A stretch of DNA of 64,000 nt from an uncultured Chloroflexia bacterium. GTDB lineage: Bacteria > Chloroflexota > Limnocylindria > Limnocylindrales > CSP1-4. Below the pieces are notes generated by a model. It saw only the letters and a program-made list of their open reading frames with translations, searched no databases and had not been told where the DNA came from. Made by a program: the position numbers and the translations under genes. Of this stretch, positions 1 through 11,648 are shown piece by piece (position 1 is the first letter of the stretch; each line of letters opens with the position of its first letter). Location of the stretch: NCBI GenBank assembly GCA_963780425.1, contig CAWABZ010000001.1:13084-77083 (forward strand). The letters are read 5' to 3'.

Positions 1-453
1 TTCAGTGCGGACGCCCCCGCGGTCGACGTCGCGACGGTGGGCGCCGCGCCCGCCGATGCGGTCGTCAAGAACCTCGAGTACCCGAACGCTACGGACTACC
101 TCGATCTGCCTGGTGGCACGTATGACCTCGAGGTCCGACTGGCGGGGGAGACCACCGTCGCCCTGCCGCTCCCCGATGTGACCATCGAGGATTGCCGTGC
201 CTACTCGGTCTTCGCCGTTGGATCGGCGGCCACGCCGGCCGTCGGTGACAACGCGCTCCGGGCCGTCGTCGCCGTGGACGCGACCGCGACCGCGAGTGCT
301 GCCGGAACGCTACCGCCGAGTGACACGATCCCGACAGAGCGCGGATCGTCGTCGGCTGGCATAGGCCCGGGAACGATCGTGTTGATCGCGATCGCCCTCG
401 CCTCGTTCGCCATCGCGTCGATCGCCAGCTCCCGTCGGCTGCGGCAGGACTAG
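1..453 (+). CDS. DUF4397-domain surface protein, 5' truncated by the window edge, with C-terminal membrane anchor
   Basis: Frame open from base 1: FSADAPAVDV...KNLEYPNATDYLDLPGGTYDLEVRLAG...RAYSVFAVG is DUF4397-like; ends in LPPSDT, hydrophobic helix and RRLR tail. Confidence 0.75.
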   Translation, partial: FSADAPAVDVATVGAAPADAVVKNLEYPNATDYLDLPGGTYDLEVRLAGETTVALPLPDVTIEDCRAYSVFAVGSAATPAVGDNALRAVVAVDATATASAAGTLPPSDTIPTERGSSSAGIGPGTIVLIAIALASFAIASIASSRRLRQD

Positions 454-521
454 TGTCGCTCGCGCGCAATCTCCCGCGCATGGATCCGGCCGTCGCCTCC
501 CGACGGCCGGATCCACGCGAA

Positions 522-1514
522 TCACTCTGGCGGTGGATCGCGCACCCGCGCCGCAGCGACCACGGTGTCCCACAGACGCCGCCGGTCCGCGCGGGCCAGT
601 CGCGTGATCGGCGCCCGATCGAAGGGCCGCGGTCGCCGATCCAGGAACAGACGACCACTCCAGTCCGCGCCTTCCCCGGCGGTCGCCAGCCAGAGGAGCG
701 TATCGATCCCTTCGGCCGGCGACCGCAGGACGGGCCGCATCACCCGCGCGAAACCCGGCAGAGCCTCGGCCAGACCGGGCGTATCGGCCCAACCCGGGTG
801 CATGGCGTTGATCGCGACGCCGCTCGTGTTCGGAGGCCCGAGGCGGCGAGCCCACTCGCGCACGAGGGCGACCTGGGCGCGCTTCGCCCGCGCGTAGGCT
901 CGCGTCCCCGAGTACGTCCCGATGCGAGATTGCAGATCGTCGAGATCGAGGCGCTGGGCATACATGCCGCCGGACGTCACGGCGATGACCCTCGACCCCC
1001 CGGTCCTCCGCAGGAGGTGGAGCAGTCCGGACACCAGCGCGAATGGGCCGACGACCATCGTGGCGAACGTCGCTTCGATCCCGTCGACGGTCTCGCGACG
1101 GTCAGGAAAGATCGCGCCGGCGTTGTCGATAAGGACGTCGAGGCGACCCTCCGTCGTTGCGACACGCTCGACCGCGTCGGCGACAGAGGCGAGCGACGCC
1201 ATATCCGCGACCACGATGGGGAATCGGTCGACGCTGTGTGCAGCGATGAGCGTGGAGCGGAGCTCCGTGAGCCGCGATGTGGTCCGCCCGACGAGGACGA
1301 CCCGCGCCCCAAGCGCGGCGACCGCTTCGGCTGCGGCACGTCCGAGGCCCGACGTCGGTCCGGTGACGAGGACCGTTTTCCCGGCGAGCGCATCGGGCCG
1401 CGGGTCCGACCAATCGTAGAGCCGACGTCGCACGGCGTGGCCGATCCGCGAAAAGGAGCCGACCACGGTCAGTTCGAGGCCGCCGTCGATGAGCGCGCGT
1501 GGGCCGATGTCCAT
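522..1514 (-). CDS. SDR family oxidoreductase (DHRS12-like)
   Basis: TGPTSGLG Rossmann motif, NNAG-like DNAG, YARAK catalytic motif, MHPGWADT; probable start ATG 1514. Confidence 0.85.
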   Translation of the reverse strand: MDIGPRALIDGGLELTVVGSFSRIGHAVRRRLYDWSDPRPDALAGKTVLVTGPTSGLGRAAAEAVAALGARVVLVGRTTSRLTELRSTLIAAHSVDRFPIVVADMASLASVADAVERVATTEGRLDVLIDNAGAIFPDRRETVDGIEATFATMVVGPFALVSGLLHLLRRTGGSRVIAVTSGGMYAQRLDLDDLQSRIGTYSGTRAYARAKRAQVALVREWARRLGPPNTSGVAINAMHPGWADTPGLAEALPGFARVMRPVLRSPAEGIDTLLWLATAGEGADWSGRLFLDRRPRPFDRAPITRLARADRRRLWDTVVAAARVRDPPPE

Positions 1515-1549
1515 CCCCAAAGCATGACCCACGAGCCTTGGAGGCATCC

Positions 1550-2008
1550 ATGACGCGCCTGCATGAACGGATCGACACCGTGCTACCGATCGACGACACG
1601 TTCTCTCTCATCGGCGATTTCGCCAACGCCGAGGTCTGGGACCCGGGTGTCGTGAGATCCCGCCAGATCGGCGCCGGGCGACTCGCCGTCGGGGCCCGAT
1701 ACCACCTCGAGGTCCGGATGGGCGGGCACGTCGCTCCGATGGAGTATCGCGTGGCTGAGCTCGAGCGACCGCGACGGGTCGTGCTCGTCGGTTCGGGATC
1801 GGGCGTCGACGCCGTCGACGAGATCCGTTTCGACCGAGTCGGAAGCGGCACCCGGATCGAGTACATCGCCGACATCCGCCTGCGCGGATGGCGCCGCTTC
1901 GTCCAACCGTTCCTCGGCCGTGTCTTCGACGGCATCGGTCGCGACGCTGCGAACGGCATGCGCGTCGCACTTGATGAACGCGCCGCTGCCGGAGGTCGCG
2001 AGTCATGA
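1550..2008 (+). CDS. SRPBCC (polyketide cyclase/dehydrase-like) lipid-binding protein
   Basis: [12 protein letters not shown] pattern, about 150 aa, GGAGG RBS; stop overlaps next start. Confidence 0.75.
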   Translation: MTRLHERIDTVLPIDDTFSLIGDFANAEVWDPGVVRSRQIGAGRLAVGARYHLEVRMGGHVAPMEYRVAELERPRRVVLVGSGSGVDAVDEIRFDRVGSGTRIEYIADIRLRGWRRFVQPFLGRVFDGIGRDAANGMRVALDERAAAGGRES

Positions 2009-3276
2009 AGGTCGCGATCGTCGGGTCGGGAGTGAGTGGACTGAGTGCCGCATACGCGTTGCGCGAAGAGCACGAGGTCCGGTTGTTCGAGGGGGAGTCC
2101 GCTGTCGGTGGCCACGTCAAGACGGAGGTCGTGGAGACACCGGACGGCGACCTGCCCGTCGACACGGGCTTCATCGTCTTCAACGAGCGCACATACCCGA
2201 CGTTCATCCGGATGCTGTCCGAGCTGGGCGTCGAGCACCAGCCGACCGACATGTCGCTCGGCTCCTCGTGCAGATCGTGCGGGCTCGAGTTCAGCTCGAG
2301 GGGTCCGGGTGGCTGGTTCGCCCAGCCGACCGCGCTCGCCAAGCCGGCGCACTGGCGGATGTTCCAGGACATCATCCGGTTCTATCGCCAGGCGCGTGAG
2401 CGGCTCAGCGGTGCCGCTGACTCTCGCGTGACACTGGGCGCATTTCTCGATCAGGGGGACTTCGGCTCCGCGTTCCGACGCCATTTCCTCATCCCGATCA
2501 CGTCGGCCGTGTGGTCGACGGGCTCGACGCGCGTCCTCGAGTTCCCGATCGACTACCTTCTGCGCTTCCTCGACCATCACGGACTCATCGGCGCGGGGAA
2601 CGCGCTGCCATGGCTGACGATCCGCGGTGGCTCGAAGACCTACGTGGAGCGCATCCTGGCGCTGTTGCCGCGTGACGCCATGCGGCCCGGAGATCCGGTC
2701 GTTGACATCCAGCGTGGCCCGTCGGGCGTCACCATCCGGACGGCGCGCGGCTGGTCCGAACATTTCGATGCGGTCGTGATCGCCACTCACGCCGACGATG
2801 CGCTCGGATTGCTGCAGGACGCCGACATGCGAGAACGCGCCGCGCTGGGGGGGTTCGAGTACTCGACCAATCAGGTCGTCCTCCACACGGACGCGCGTCT
2901 CTTGCCGGGCCGCCCTCGGGCGTGGGCGGCATGGAACATCGATCAGGCCGATTGCCGGACGCCAGAAGACGTGGTCACGATGACCTACCATATGAACCGA
3001 TTGCAGCGTCTGCCGGGCCGCGTCGACTACTGCGTGTCGGTAAACCCTGGTGACAGGATCCGACCCGAGCATGTCCTCGTCGAGCGCACGATGCGGCACC
3101 CGATGTACACGGTCCGGACGCTCGAGGCGCAGGCCGCGGTCCGCTCGCTACAGGGTCATCGGCGGACCTACTTCGCCGGTGCGCATCTTCACTACGGGTT
3201 CCATGAGGACGGCTGCCGATCGGGATTCGAGGCGGCGGCGCTGGTCGGTGCCGAGCGACGCGAGATCGCGGCATGA
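2005..3276 (+). CDS. FAD-dependent oxidoreductase, COG2907 / UfaD-like
   Basis: GSGVSG dinucleotide motif, GGH...[19 protein letters not shown] terminal motif. Confidence 0.88.
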   Translation: MKVAIVGSGVSGLSAAYALREEHEVRLFEGESAVGGHVKTEVVETPDGDLPVDTGFIVFNERTYPTFIRMLSELGVEHQPTDMSLGSSCRSCGLEFSSRGPGGWFAQPTALAKPAHWRMFQDIIRFYRQARERLSGAADSRVTLGAFLDQGDFGSAFRRHFLIPITSAVWSTGSTRVLEFPIDYLLRFLDHHGLIGAGNALPWLTIRGGSKTYVERILALLPRDAMRPGDPVVDIQRGPSGVTIRTARGWSEHFDAVVIATHADDALGLLQDADMRERAALGGFEYSTNQVVLHTDARLLPGRPRAWAAWNIDQADCRTPEDVVTMTYHMNRLQRLPGRVDYCVSVNPGDRIRPEHVLVERTMRHPMYTVRTLEAQAAVRSLQGHRRTYFAGAHLHYGFHEDGCRSGFEAAALVGAERREIAA

Positions 3277-4013
3277 GCTCGCACCTGCTCGAGGGGAAGG
3301 TCCGTCACCGACGGGCCCACCCCGTCACGTACCACCTTGAGCACGACGTGTTCTACGCGGCACTCGACCTCGATGAGATCGACACGGCGGTCTCATCGCT
3401 ACGGCTCATGGCCCGCAACCGCTGGAACGCGCTGACGTTCCGCGACGACGATCATCTGGACCCACCCGCCGAGGACCTGGCCGCGGCCGTCCGCGCCCGC
3501 CTGACGGCCGACGGGCTGGACCCGACCGGCTGGCAGGTGACGTTGGTCACGAACCTGCGGGTCTTCGGGTACGTGTTCAACCCGGCGAGCTTCTACCTCT
3601 GTCGGGACGCCGTCGGTTCCCTTCGCGTCGTCATCGTGGAGGTTCACAACACCCACGGTGAACGGCACCTGTACGTCCTTCAGCCGCGGGACGACACGTC
3701 CGACTTCACCGATTCGATGGACAAGACGTTCTATGTCTCGCCATTCATCGAGATGACGGGGCAGTACCGTGTCCATCTCCGAGATGAACCGTCCCGTCTC
3801 CGAATCACGATCAATCTCGAACGCTCCGGCGACCTCGTGCTCCACACCAGCCTCGACTTGGAGCGTCGCCCGTTGACCGATCGCACCATCCTGCGGATGC
3901 TGGTCCGACACCCGCTGGTCACACTCAAGACGATCGCCCTCATCCACTGGCACGCATTTCACCTCTGGCGGCGCGGGTTGCCCTTCCACCGACACGGGGA
4001 GGTCAGTCGATGA
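3273..4013 (+). CDS. DUF1365 family protein (UfaO-like)
   Basis: [40 protein letters not shown]. Confidence 0.88.
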   Translation: MSSHLLEGKVRHRRAHPVTYHLEHDVFYAALDLDEIDTAVSSLRLMARNRWNALTFRDDDHLDPPAEDLAAAVRARLTADGLDPTGWQVTLVTNLRVFGYVFNPASFYLCRDAVGSLRVVIVEVHNTHGERHLYVLQPRDDTSDFTDSMDKTFYVSPFIEMTGQYRVHLRDEPSRLRITINLERSGDLVLHTSLDLERRPLTDRTILRMLVRHPLVTLKTIALIHWHAFHLWRRGLPFHRHGEVSR

Positions 4014-5251
4014 GCGACAGGGCAGCGGTCGCTCGGACACCGGGTTCCTCCGGGACGCTGTTGGAGCGGGTGGCCTGGCGCGTGGCCCTTGGGGCGGCAG
4101 AACGGATCCGCGTTGGGGCGCTGACGGTGGTCCTGCCGGACGGATCCCGCCGGTCCTTCGGGCAGGACGACGGTGATCTCCGCGGTGAGATCCACATCCA
4201 CCAGCGTGCCGCGCTTGTCCGGATCCTGCTCGACGGGGAGACCGGCGCCGGCGAGGCATACATGGATGGACAGTGGTCGAGCCCAGATCTGGCAGCGCTC
4301 CTCCGCTTGGCCGCCAGGAACCGCGAGGCTCTGTCTCTGGATCGCGGCTGGTTCAGGATCCCAGGTCAGGCCGGCCGGACGATCGCCCACCGCATCCGTC
4401 GCAACACGATGGCCGGCAGCCGGAGGAACATCGCGGCGCACTACGACCTGGGGAACGACTTCTACCGGCTGTTCCTCGACGAAACCCTCACCTACTCGAG
4501 TGCGGTCTTCGAGCGGCCTGATCAATCGCTGGCGGACGCCCAACTCGCCAAATACCGACGTATCGCCGAGGGTGCAGGACTGCGTCGCGGACAGCACGTC
4601 CTGGAGATCGGGACCGGCTGGGGCGGATTCGCGCTGTACGCCGCCGGGGAGCTCGGCTGCCGGGTGACCTCGATCACGATCTCGCGTGAGCAGCACGACC
4701 TTGCGCGCCAGCGTATCCGCGCGGCAGGCCTGGAGGAGCTCGTTGACATCCAGTTCCGGGACTATCGCGACGTCGCCGGCAGGTACGACGCGATCGTCTC
4801 GATCGAGATGCTCGAAGCGGTCGGCGCGGAATACTTCGCGACGTTCTTCGAGACGTGCGACCGCGCGCTGGCACCGGGCGGGCGGATGAGTATCCAGGTC
4901 ATCACGTTCCCCGATTCGGCCTATGAGCGCCAGCGTCGCGGGGCCAACTGGATCCAGACGTACATCTTCCCCGGTGGCATATGCCCGTCTCTCGCCGTCA
5001 TCGAGCGCTCGACCTGGGACACGCGGCTCCTGGTCACGAGCGTGCGGGACATCGCCGCCGACTACGTCCGGACGCTGCGCTCCTGGCGGACGCAGTTCAT
5101 GGGCCAGCTCGACGACGTGCGTGCGCTGGGTTTCGACGACCGGTTCATTCGGATGTGGGAGTACTACCTCGCTCTCAGCGAGGCAGGGTTCGCGACCGGT
5201 CTCAGCCAGGACCTCCAGATCGTGCTTGAGAAACGACGCGGGATGGCATGA
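4010..5251 (+). CDS. cfa: Cyclopropane-fatty-acyl-phospholipid synthase family SAM methyltransferase (Cfa/UfaM-like)
   Basis: NIAAHYDLGNDFY, YSSA, LEIGTGWG, SIEMLEAVG, YIFPGG, WEYYL. Confidence 0.9.
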   Translation: MSDRAAVARTPGSSGTLLERVAWRVALGAAERIRVGALTVVLPDGSRRSFGQDDGDLRGEIHIHQRAALVRILLDGETGAGEAYMDGQWSSPDLAALLRLAARNREALSLDRGWFRIPGQAGRTIAHRIRRNTMAGSRRNIAAHYDLGNDFYRLFLDETLTYSSAVFERPDQSLADAQLAKYRRIAEGAGLRRGQHVLEIGTGWGGFALYAAGELGCRVTSITISREQHDLARQRIRAAGLEELVDIQFRDYRDVAGRYDAIVSIEMLEAVGAEYFATFFETCDRALAPGGRMSIQVITFPDSAYERQRRGANWIQTYIFPGGICPSLAVIERSTWDTRLLVTSVRDIAADYVRTLRSWRTQFMGQLDDVRALGFDDRFIRMWEYYLALSEAGFATGLSQDLQIVLEKRRGMA

Positions 5252-5682
5252 CGGCCACCCCCACGCTCCAGCGGTTCCCGATCGAACTCGGCCGTCGGTC
5301 CCGTCCCCTGCTACGCGTCCTGTTCGGCGTTCGGCCGGACCGCGCCTATGTCGACATCGATGACGACCTCGACGCGCGGTTCGGCTTCGGTCACCTGCGG
5401 ACGCCGCTGACCAACGTCGTGTCGTGGCGGATCGAAGGGCCGTGGCTGTGGATCACCGCGATCGGGATCCGGCGGAGCGTCCGTCACGGCGATTTCACCT
5501 TCGCGGGCACCCATCGCGTTGGCGTGCGGCTCGACTTCCGAGAGCCGGTCCGCGCGATGGGTTTCCGGGTCCCGGCCCTGTATGTGACCGTCGAGGATCC
5601 CGCGGCGTTCACGGCGACCCTGGTCGCCCGCGGCATCCCCGGGGAGGACGCCCGGCGCACTGCTGGTGACCGATCCGCCTAG
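5248..5682 (+). CDS. Conserved hypothetical protein (PH-like fold possible)
   Basis: Translationally coupled to cfa (ATGA overlap); normal composition; no motif recognised. Confidence 0.6.
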   Translation: MTATPTLQRFPIELGRRSRPLLRVLFGVRPDRAYVDIDDDLDARFGFGHLRTPLTNVVSWRIEGPWLWITAIGIRRSVRHGDFTFAGTHRVGVRLDFREPVRAMGFRVPALYVTVEDPAAFTATLVARGIPGEDARRTAGDRSA

Positions 5683-5747
5683 CTCGGCCCGTCCCCATGC
5701 GCAACGACCGGTCGGCGGCACCAGCGCGGCGCTAGCATCGCCGCCAC

Positions 5748-7430
5748 ATGGCCCGGCAGTTCGACTACATCATCGTCGGCGGTGGATCGGCGGGTTCGGT
5801 GCTCGCAAACCGCCTCACCGAGGACCCGCAGACGCGCGTTCTCGTGCTGGAGGCCGGGCGCTCCGACTGGCGGATCGACCCCTTCATCCACATGCCGGCG
5901 GCCCTCACGTTTCCGATCGGCAGCCGGTTCTACGACTGGCGGTACGAATCCGAGCCCGAGCCGTTCATGCACGGCCGTCGGATCTTCCACGCACGCGGCA
6001 AGGTCCTCGGGGGCAGCAGCAGCATCAACGGTCAGATCTTCCAGCGCGGCAACCCACTCGATTTCGAACGGTGGGCGGCCGACCCGGGTATGGAGACGTG
6101 GGACTTCGCCCACTGCCTGCCGTATTTCAAGAAGATGGAGACCGCGCTCGCCGCGGACCCGGACGACCCGTGGCGCGGTCATCACGGGCCGCTCGTCCTC
6201 GAGCGCGGGCCGGCGACGAATCCCTTGTTCAGAGCGTTCTTCGACGCCGCACAGGAGGCGGGCTACCCGCGGACCGAGGACGTCAACGGTTACCGGCAGG
6301 AAGGCTTCGCCGCGTTCGACCGGAACATCCATCGCGGTCGGCGGCTCAGTGCGGCACGCGCGTACCTCCATCCGATCCTGCGCAGCCGCGGGAACCTCGC
6401 CGTCTGGACGCAGCGATTCGTGACTCGGGTGCTGTTCCAGGGATCGCGCGCGATCGGGGTGGAGGTCGCCCGTGGTCCCGGCGGACGCGGCGGCATCGAT
6501 CGGTTGATGGCCGGCGAGATCATCCTCGCCGGTGGCGCCATCAACAGTCCGCAGTTGCTGCTCCTCTCGGGGATCGGCGCGGCGGCCGACCTCGGCGAAC
6601 TCAGGATCCCGGTGGTCGCCGACCGGCCGGGCGTCGGCCGCAACCTGCAGGATCACCTCGAGGTGTACGTCCAGCACCAGAGCCTCAAGGCGGTGTCCAT
6701 GCAGCCGTCGGCGACGGAGCTCTGGCGACGGCCGTTCATCGGCGCCCAGTGGCTGTTCCTGCGCACGGGACCCGGCGCCACCAACCACTTCGAAGGTGGC
6801 GGGTTCGTTCGCTCGAATGACGACGTGACCTACCCGAACCTGATGTTCCACTTCCTGCCGCTCGCGATCCGCTACGACGGCTCGGCGGGTGCGACGGGGC
6901 ACGGCTACCAGGTCCACGTCGGGCCGATGTACTCGGACGCGCGCGGGACGTTGACGCTGAAGAGCAGCGACCCGCGCGAGCATCCCGCCCTGCGGTTCAA
7001 CTACCTGTCGACCGAGCAGGACCGGCGCGAGTGGGTCGAGGCGATCCACGTCGCGCGCTCGATCCTGGGTCGACCGGCGATGTCCGAGTTCGACGGTGGC
7101 GAGACGTCACCCGGGCCGTCGGTCGAGACCGACGAGCAGATCCTCGACTGGGTGGCGCGCGACGCGGAGACCGCTCTGCACCCGTCGTGCACCGCACGGA
7201 TGGGTGTCGACGATGCCTCCGTGGTCGATCCGCTGACGATGCGGGTCCACGGCGTCGACGGGCTGCGGCTGGTCGACGCGTCGGCGATGCCGTACGTCAC
7301 CAACGCCAACATCTACGCGCCGGTGATGATGCTGGCCGAGAAGGCCGCGGACCTCATCTCAGGGAACACGCCGCTGCCGCCGGAGCCGCTGCCGTTCTAC
7401 CGCCACGGAGTGTCAGCGCCGCCGGACTGA
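5748..7430 (+). CDS. betA: Choline dehydrogenase (GMC oxidoreductase)
   Basis: [39 protein letters not shown]...[14 protein letters not shown]. Confidence 0.88.
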   Translation: MARQFDYIIVGGGSAGSVLANRLTEDPQTRVLVLEAGRSDWRIDPFIHMPAALTFPIGSRFYDWRYESEPEPFMHGRRIFHARGKVLGGSSSINGQIFQRGNPLDFERWAADPGMETWDFAHCLPYFKKMETALAADPDDPWRGHHGPLVLERGPATNPLFRAFFDAAQEAGYPRTEDVNGYRQEGFAAFDRNIHRGRRLSAARAYLHPILRSRGNLAVWTQRFVTRVLFQGSRAIGVEVARGPGGRGGIDRLMAGEIILAGGAINSPQLLLLSGIGAAADLGELRIPVVADRPGVGRNLQDHLEVYVQHQSLKAVSMQPSATELWRRPFIGAQWLFLRTGPGATNHFEGGGFVRSNDDVTYPNLMFHFLPLAIRYDGSAGATGHGYQVHVGPMYSDARGTLTLKSSDPREHPALRFNYLSTEQDRREWVEAIHVARSILGRPAMSEFDGGETSPGPSVETDEQILDWVARDAETALHPSCTARMGVDDASVVDPLTMRVHGVDGLRLVDASAMPYVTNANIYAPVMMLAEKAADLISGNTPLPPEPLPFYRHGVSAPPD

Positions 7431-7457
7431 GCCGGGCGGCAGCGGCGCCGACGGACG

Positions 7458-8512
7458 CTACGCCTCGTGCCGGATCGCCGAGCGCCTCACCACGAGCCGC
7501 GGCGTCAGCACGACGTCGGCCACCTCGGACCGATGCCGCCCGTTGTCGATCATGTCGAACAGCAGCTCGGCCGCGACCCGACCCATCTCGAGGCCGCCCT
7601 GGCTGATCGTCGTCAGCGGCGGGATGGTGAAGGCGGCCACATCGATGTCGTCGAAGCCGATGATCGAGAGGTCGCTCGGGGATCCCGATCCCGGCCTCGT
7701 ATGCAGCCTGCATCAGGCCCAACGCGATCGTGTCCGACGTGGCGTACACCGCAGTCGGGTGCTTCCGGCCGCGGCCAATCGGCGAAGACGCGGCGACCGA
7801 GCTCGAGGCTCGGTTCGGGGTCCTGGTCGGTGATGAACACGCCGATCTGATCGGCAACCCCACGCTCGCGCATGAACTGCTCGTACAGGTCGATCCGCTG
7901 GCGACCGTCGTACGTGCGGGTGTCCGACACGCAGATGATCGCGCGATGGCCGAGCTCCCAGAGATGTTCGAGTGCGAGGCGGGTGCCGGCCACGCCGTCC
8001 GCGTAGACGCCCGGGATCTGGCGGCGGGTCGTCCGGTCCGTGACGCCGATCACGTAGCGGTGTTGCTGCGCCAGCTGGTCGAGCGTGTCGTCGCCACCGT
8101 CGATGTCGCCGATGACGATGATCCCGTCCGCGTGCGAGCTCTCGAACATCGAGCCGTACGAGAGCGCGACGTCCGGGCGGTAGTCGACGTGGCCGAGGAA
8201 GAGCCGGTAGTCGCGCACCCGGGATGCGTCGTTGATGCCGCGCAGGATCTGGATGTGGAACGGGTCCGAGATGTCGCGCGCGATGACCCCGAGCAGTGAG
8301 CTCGGGCTGCCGCGCAGGCCGCGGGCGAGCAGGTTCGGCTTGTAGCCCAGTTCCGCGGCGACGGCGAGCACGCGCTGGCGTGTCTCTTCGCGGATGGGGA
8401 CGCCCGATTCGCGCCCGTTGAGGATGCGCGACACGGTCGTGATCGAGACCCCGGAACCGTGCGCGACGTCGCGCAGCGTCACCGTCGCCTGGCCGGATCT
8501 GGGCGTCTCCAC
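7458..8512 (-). CDS. LacI family transcriptional regulator (frameshifted near 7690-7770)
   Basis: N-terminal TLRDVAHGSGVSITTVSRILN HTH and PNLLARGL hinge; C-terminal PPLTTISQ in a second frame; GTG 8512 with GGGAGG RBS. Confidence 0.85.
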
Positions 8513-8539
8513 CTGGGCCGTCGCCTCCCGGAAACCCTC

Positions 8540-8587
8540 TTGACTCGCCGTTCGGCCGGAGTATATCCTCCGCACGCTTAGCGTCAA
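8540..8587. promoter_or_regulatory. Overlapping divergent sigma70-type promoters
   Basis: Plus strand TTGACT(8540)-N18-TATCCT(8564); minus strand TTGACG(8587-8582)-N16-TATACT(8565-8560). Confidence 0.65.
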
Positions 8588-8627
8588 GCGCAAACGTTAA
8601 GCGCTAGCGATAAGCCTAAGCGTTAAG
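8576..8627. promoter_or_regulatory. Three LacI-type operator-like palindromes
   Basis: GCTTAG-CG-TCAAGC (8576-8589), TTAAG-CG-CTAGC (8597-8608), CTAAG-CG-TTAAG (8616-8627); central CG; AT-rich island between LacI gene and operon. Confidence 0.6.
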
Positions 8628-8672
8628 CCAGTCATGAGCCGATCAGGCCAGCCGGGTCCCAGAGGAGCAACG

Positions 8673-9444
8673 GTGGCGGACTACCCCAGCTTCGCGCTCA
8701 CCGGGCAGGTCGCCCTCGTGACCGGCGCCGCCCGCGGACTCGGCCGGGCGATCGCCCTTGCCCTCGCCGATGCCGGCGCCGACGTCGCGCTGGGGCTCCG
8801 GCGCGCCGGCACCGCCGATGACCTGCGCGCCGAGATCGAGGCGATGGGCCGACGCGTCGCTCGACGTCCCGATGGACGTGACCGACCTCGCGCAGATCGG
8901 ACCGGCCGTCGACGCCGTCGTCGAGGGCTTGGGACGACTCGACATCCTCGTCAACAACGCGGGTCTCGGGCCGGCCAATCGCGCCGAGGACGTCAACGAG
9001 GCGGACTTCGACCTGACGATGGACGTCAACGTCAAGGGCCTCTTCTTCGCGAGCCAGGCCGCCGGTCGCGTGATGATCCGTCAGGGCTCGGGGCGCATCG
9101 TGAACCTCAGCTCGCAGGCCGGCTTCGTCGCGCTGCCGACCGAGGCGATCTACTGCGCATCCAAGGCAGCGGTCTCCCACCTGACGAAATGCCTGGCCGT
9201 CGAATGGGGCCAGTACGGCATCACCGTCAACGCCGTCGCCCCGACCTTCATCCGCACCGACGGCACCGCCGCCGACCTCGCCGACGCGGCCTTCGAGGCG
9301 GACGTCCGGGAGCGGATCGCCGGGCTGCACCGGATCGGCGAACCCATGGACGTCGCGGGCGGGGTGGTCTTCCTCGCCTCTCCCGCTGCCAGCCTGATCA
9401 CCGGGACGACCCTCCTCATCGACGGCGGATGGACGGCCCGTTGA
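8673..9444 (+). CDS. SDR family sugar/sugar-acid dehydrogenase (frameshift near 8860)
   Basis: TGAARGLG, LVNNAG, NLSS, YCASK, NAVAPT, GTTLLIDGGW; AGGAG RBS before GTG 8673. Confidence 0.85.
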
Positions 9445-9458
9445 GCGATGGACCCGAC

Positions 9459-10487
9459 ATGACCGACGCCAGACCGGCGACGTCCGACGCGGTCGACCCG
9501 GGCACGCGGCGTCGGTCGGACGCGCGAGGCCCGCCAGCGTGCGGCCCGTCTGCTGCGCGGCAGCGGGATCCTGCTCGCGTTCGTCGTCCTCATCGCCTTC
9601 GGCGCCCTGCAGTCCGAGCACTTCCTGACATTCGACAACTTCTCGAATGTCGCTCGCCAGGCGTCGATCACAGGGATCCTCGGCATCGGGATGACGTTCG
9701 TGATCCTGACCGCCGGGATCGACCTGTCGGTCGGCTCGATCCTCGGCATCGTCGCGATCGGCTACGCCTCGATCCTGGCCGGCGGTGTTCCGTGGCCGCG
9801 TGGCCATCGTGATCGCGCTCGGCTTCGGCGCGTTCGTCGGGTCGATCAACGGCCTGGGCATCACGAGGGGCGGCATCCAGCCGTTCATCATGACCCTGGG
9901 GATGCTCGTCATCGCCCGCGGCGTGACGCTCACCTACTCCGACGCGAAACCGATCCGCGTCGGCGAGGCGGCGGCGGACATCGCCTGGATCGGCACGGGT
10001 ACGATCGCTCGGGCTGCCCGTTCCCGTTCATCCTGTTCATGGGCATCGCCGCGCCTCGCCTGGTTCTCCCTGAAGTACACGACCTTCGGGCGCCAGGTCT
10101 ACGCGGTCGGCGACAACCTCGAGGCGGCCCGCCTGTCGGGCATCCCGACGCGGCGGGTGATCTTCAGCGTGTACGTGATCAGCGGCCTGTGCGCCGCGGT
10201 CGTCGGCGCTCATCGTCGTGGCCCGGCTCGGCGCCGCCGAGGCGACCCAGGGCGAGGGCTTCGAGCTCGATGCGATCGCCATCGTCGTCATCGGTGGGAC
10301 CAGCCTGTTCGGCGGGTCCGGCGGGATCGGCGGGACGCTCGTCGGTGCCGGCATCGTGGCTGCGGTCAACAACCTGCTCAACCTGCTTGGCGTGCCGCCG
10401 TTCTCGCAGCGCATCGCCAAGGGCCTGATCATCCTCGGCGCCGTCCTCCTGGAGCGGCGGACGAGAGGCCAGGAGGAAGGCAGGTGA
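9459..10487 (+). CDS. Sugar ABC transporter permease, RbsC-like (several frameshifts)
   Basis: MTFVILTAGIDLSVGS, TTFGRQVYAVGDNLEAARLSGI, GFELDAIAIVVIGGTSLFGG across successive frames. Confidence 0.85.
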
Positions 10488-10611
10488 GCCCTTGATCGAG
10501 GGAGGTCGATCGAGGGTTGCCGCTCGCCGTCAAGGCGGCAGGACCCACCGACAAGGTCCAGGCAGGGAGAGACGGGAGTCCGGAATGGAACGAGGCAGGA
10601 GGAACGAACGG

Positions 10612-11566
10612 ATGGCATGGAAGCGATCTTTCGGGGCAGTCGCCGTCATCGCGGTCATCGCGGTGCTCGGCGCGTGCTCGGCAGCCACGCCGGGTGGCGG
10701 GTCACAGAAGCAGGTGATCGGCTTCTCGCAGGCGAACGGCAGCGACGAGTGGCGGACCAACCAGAACAAGAAGGTCGCCGAGAACTGCAACCCGGTCGCG
10801 CAGACGCTCGTCTCGGACGCGCTCGGTGACGACGCAGTCCAGTCGAGCCACGTCGACGAGTTCGTCAGCCGGCCGGTCAGCGTCCTGCTGCTGACGCCGA
10901 ACACCGCGGCCGGCCTCACCGAGGCCGCCAAGCGTGCGCTCGACAAGAAGGTCCCGGTCATCACGCTCGACCGCAGCGTCGATGTCGAGGTCACCCAGCA
11001 CATCGGCGCCGACAACAAGCTCATCGGCAAGACCGCCGCGGAGTACGTCAGCAAGACGATCCTCGGCGGCAGCGGGCGGCAAGGTCATCGAGATCCAGGG
11101 CACGGCCGGCGCCTCGGCGACGACCGACCGCCACGACGAATTCGTCGAGCTGGCTGACCGCCAACGACCCGAAGGTCGAGATCGTCGACAGCGTCGTCGG
11201 CCGACTACAAGCGCGAGAACGCGCTGACGGCGATGAACGACCTGCTCCAGAAGTACGGACCGGGCGAGGTCGACGTGGTCTACACCCACAACGACGCGAT
11301 GGCGCTCGGCGTCGTCGCCGCGCTCGAGACCGCCGAACCGGCTCGACGAGTTCAAGGTCGTCGGCATCGACGGCCAGAACGAGGCGATCCAGGCGATCAA
11401 GGACGGCAAGATCGTCGTGACGTTCACGTACGACAACGCCGGCAAGGAAGCCTGCGAGACGGCGGCCAAGCTTCTCAAGGGCGAGACCGTCGACAAGCAA
11501 TGGGTCCTGCCGACCAACACGATCGACGCCGCGAACGTCGACGAGTGGCTCGGCAAGGGCTTCTAG
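10612..11566 (+). CDS. Sugar ABC transporter substrate-binding lipoprotein, RbsB-like (several frameshifts)
   Basis: Lipobox VLGAC, IGFSQAN..DEWR, VPVITLDR, IGADN..IG, YTHNDAMALG; AGGAGG RBS; TAG 11564-11566. Confidence 0.85.
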
Positions 11567-11597
11567 CACAACCCGGTCCCCCGGACCGGTGACAGCC

Positions 11598-11629
11598 GGG
11601 GACGCGGCAGTCTCCTCCGCCGCGTCCCC
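11598..11629 (+). terminator. Intercistronic hairpin between the SBP and ATPase genes
   Basis: GGGGACGCGG / CCGCGTCCCC perfect 10-bp stem; typical stabiliser or attenuator position. Confidence 0.5.
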
Positions 11630-11648
11630 GACACATCTGCGAGACCGA

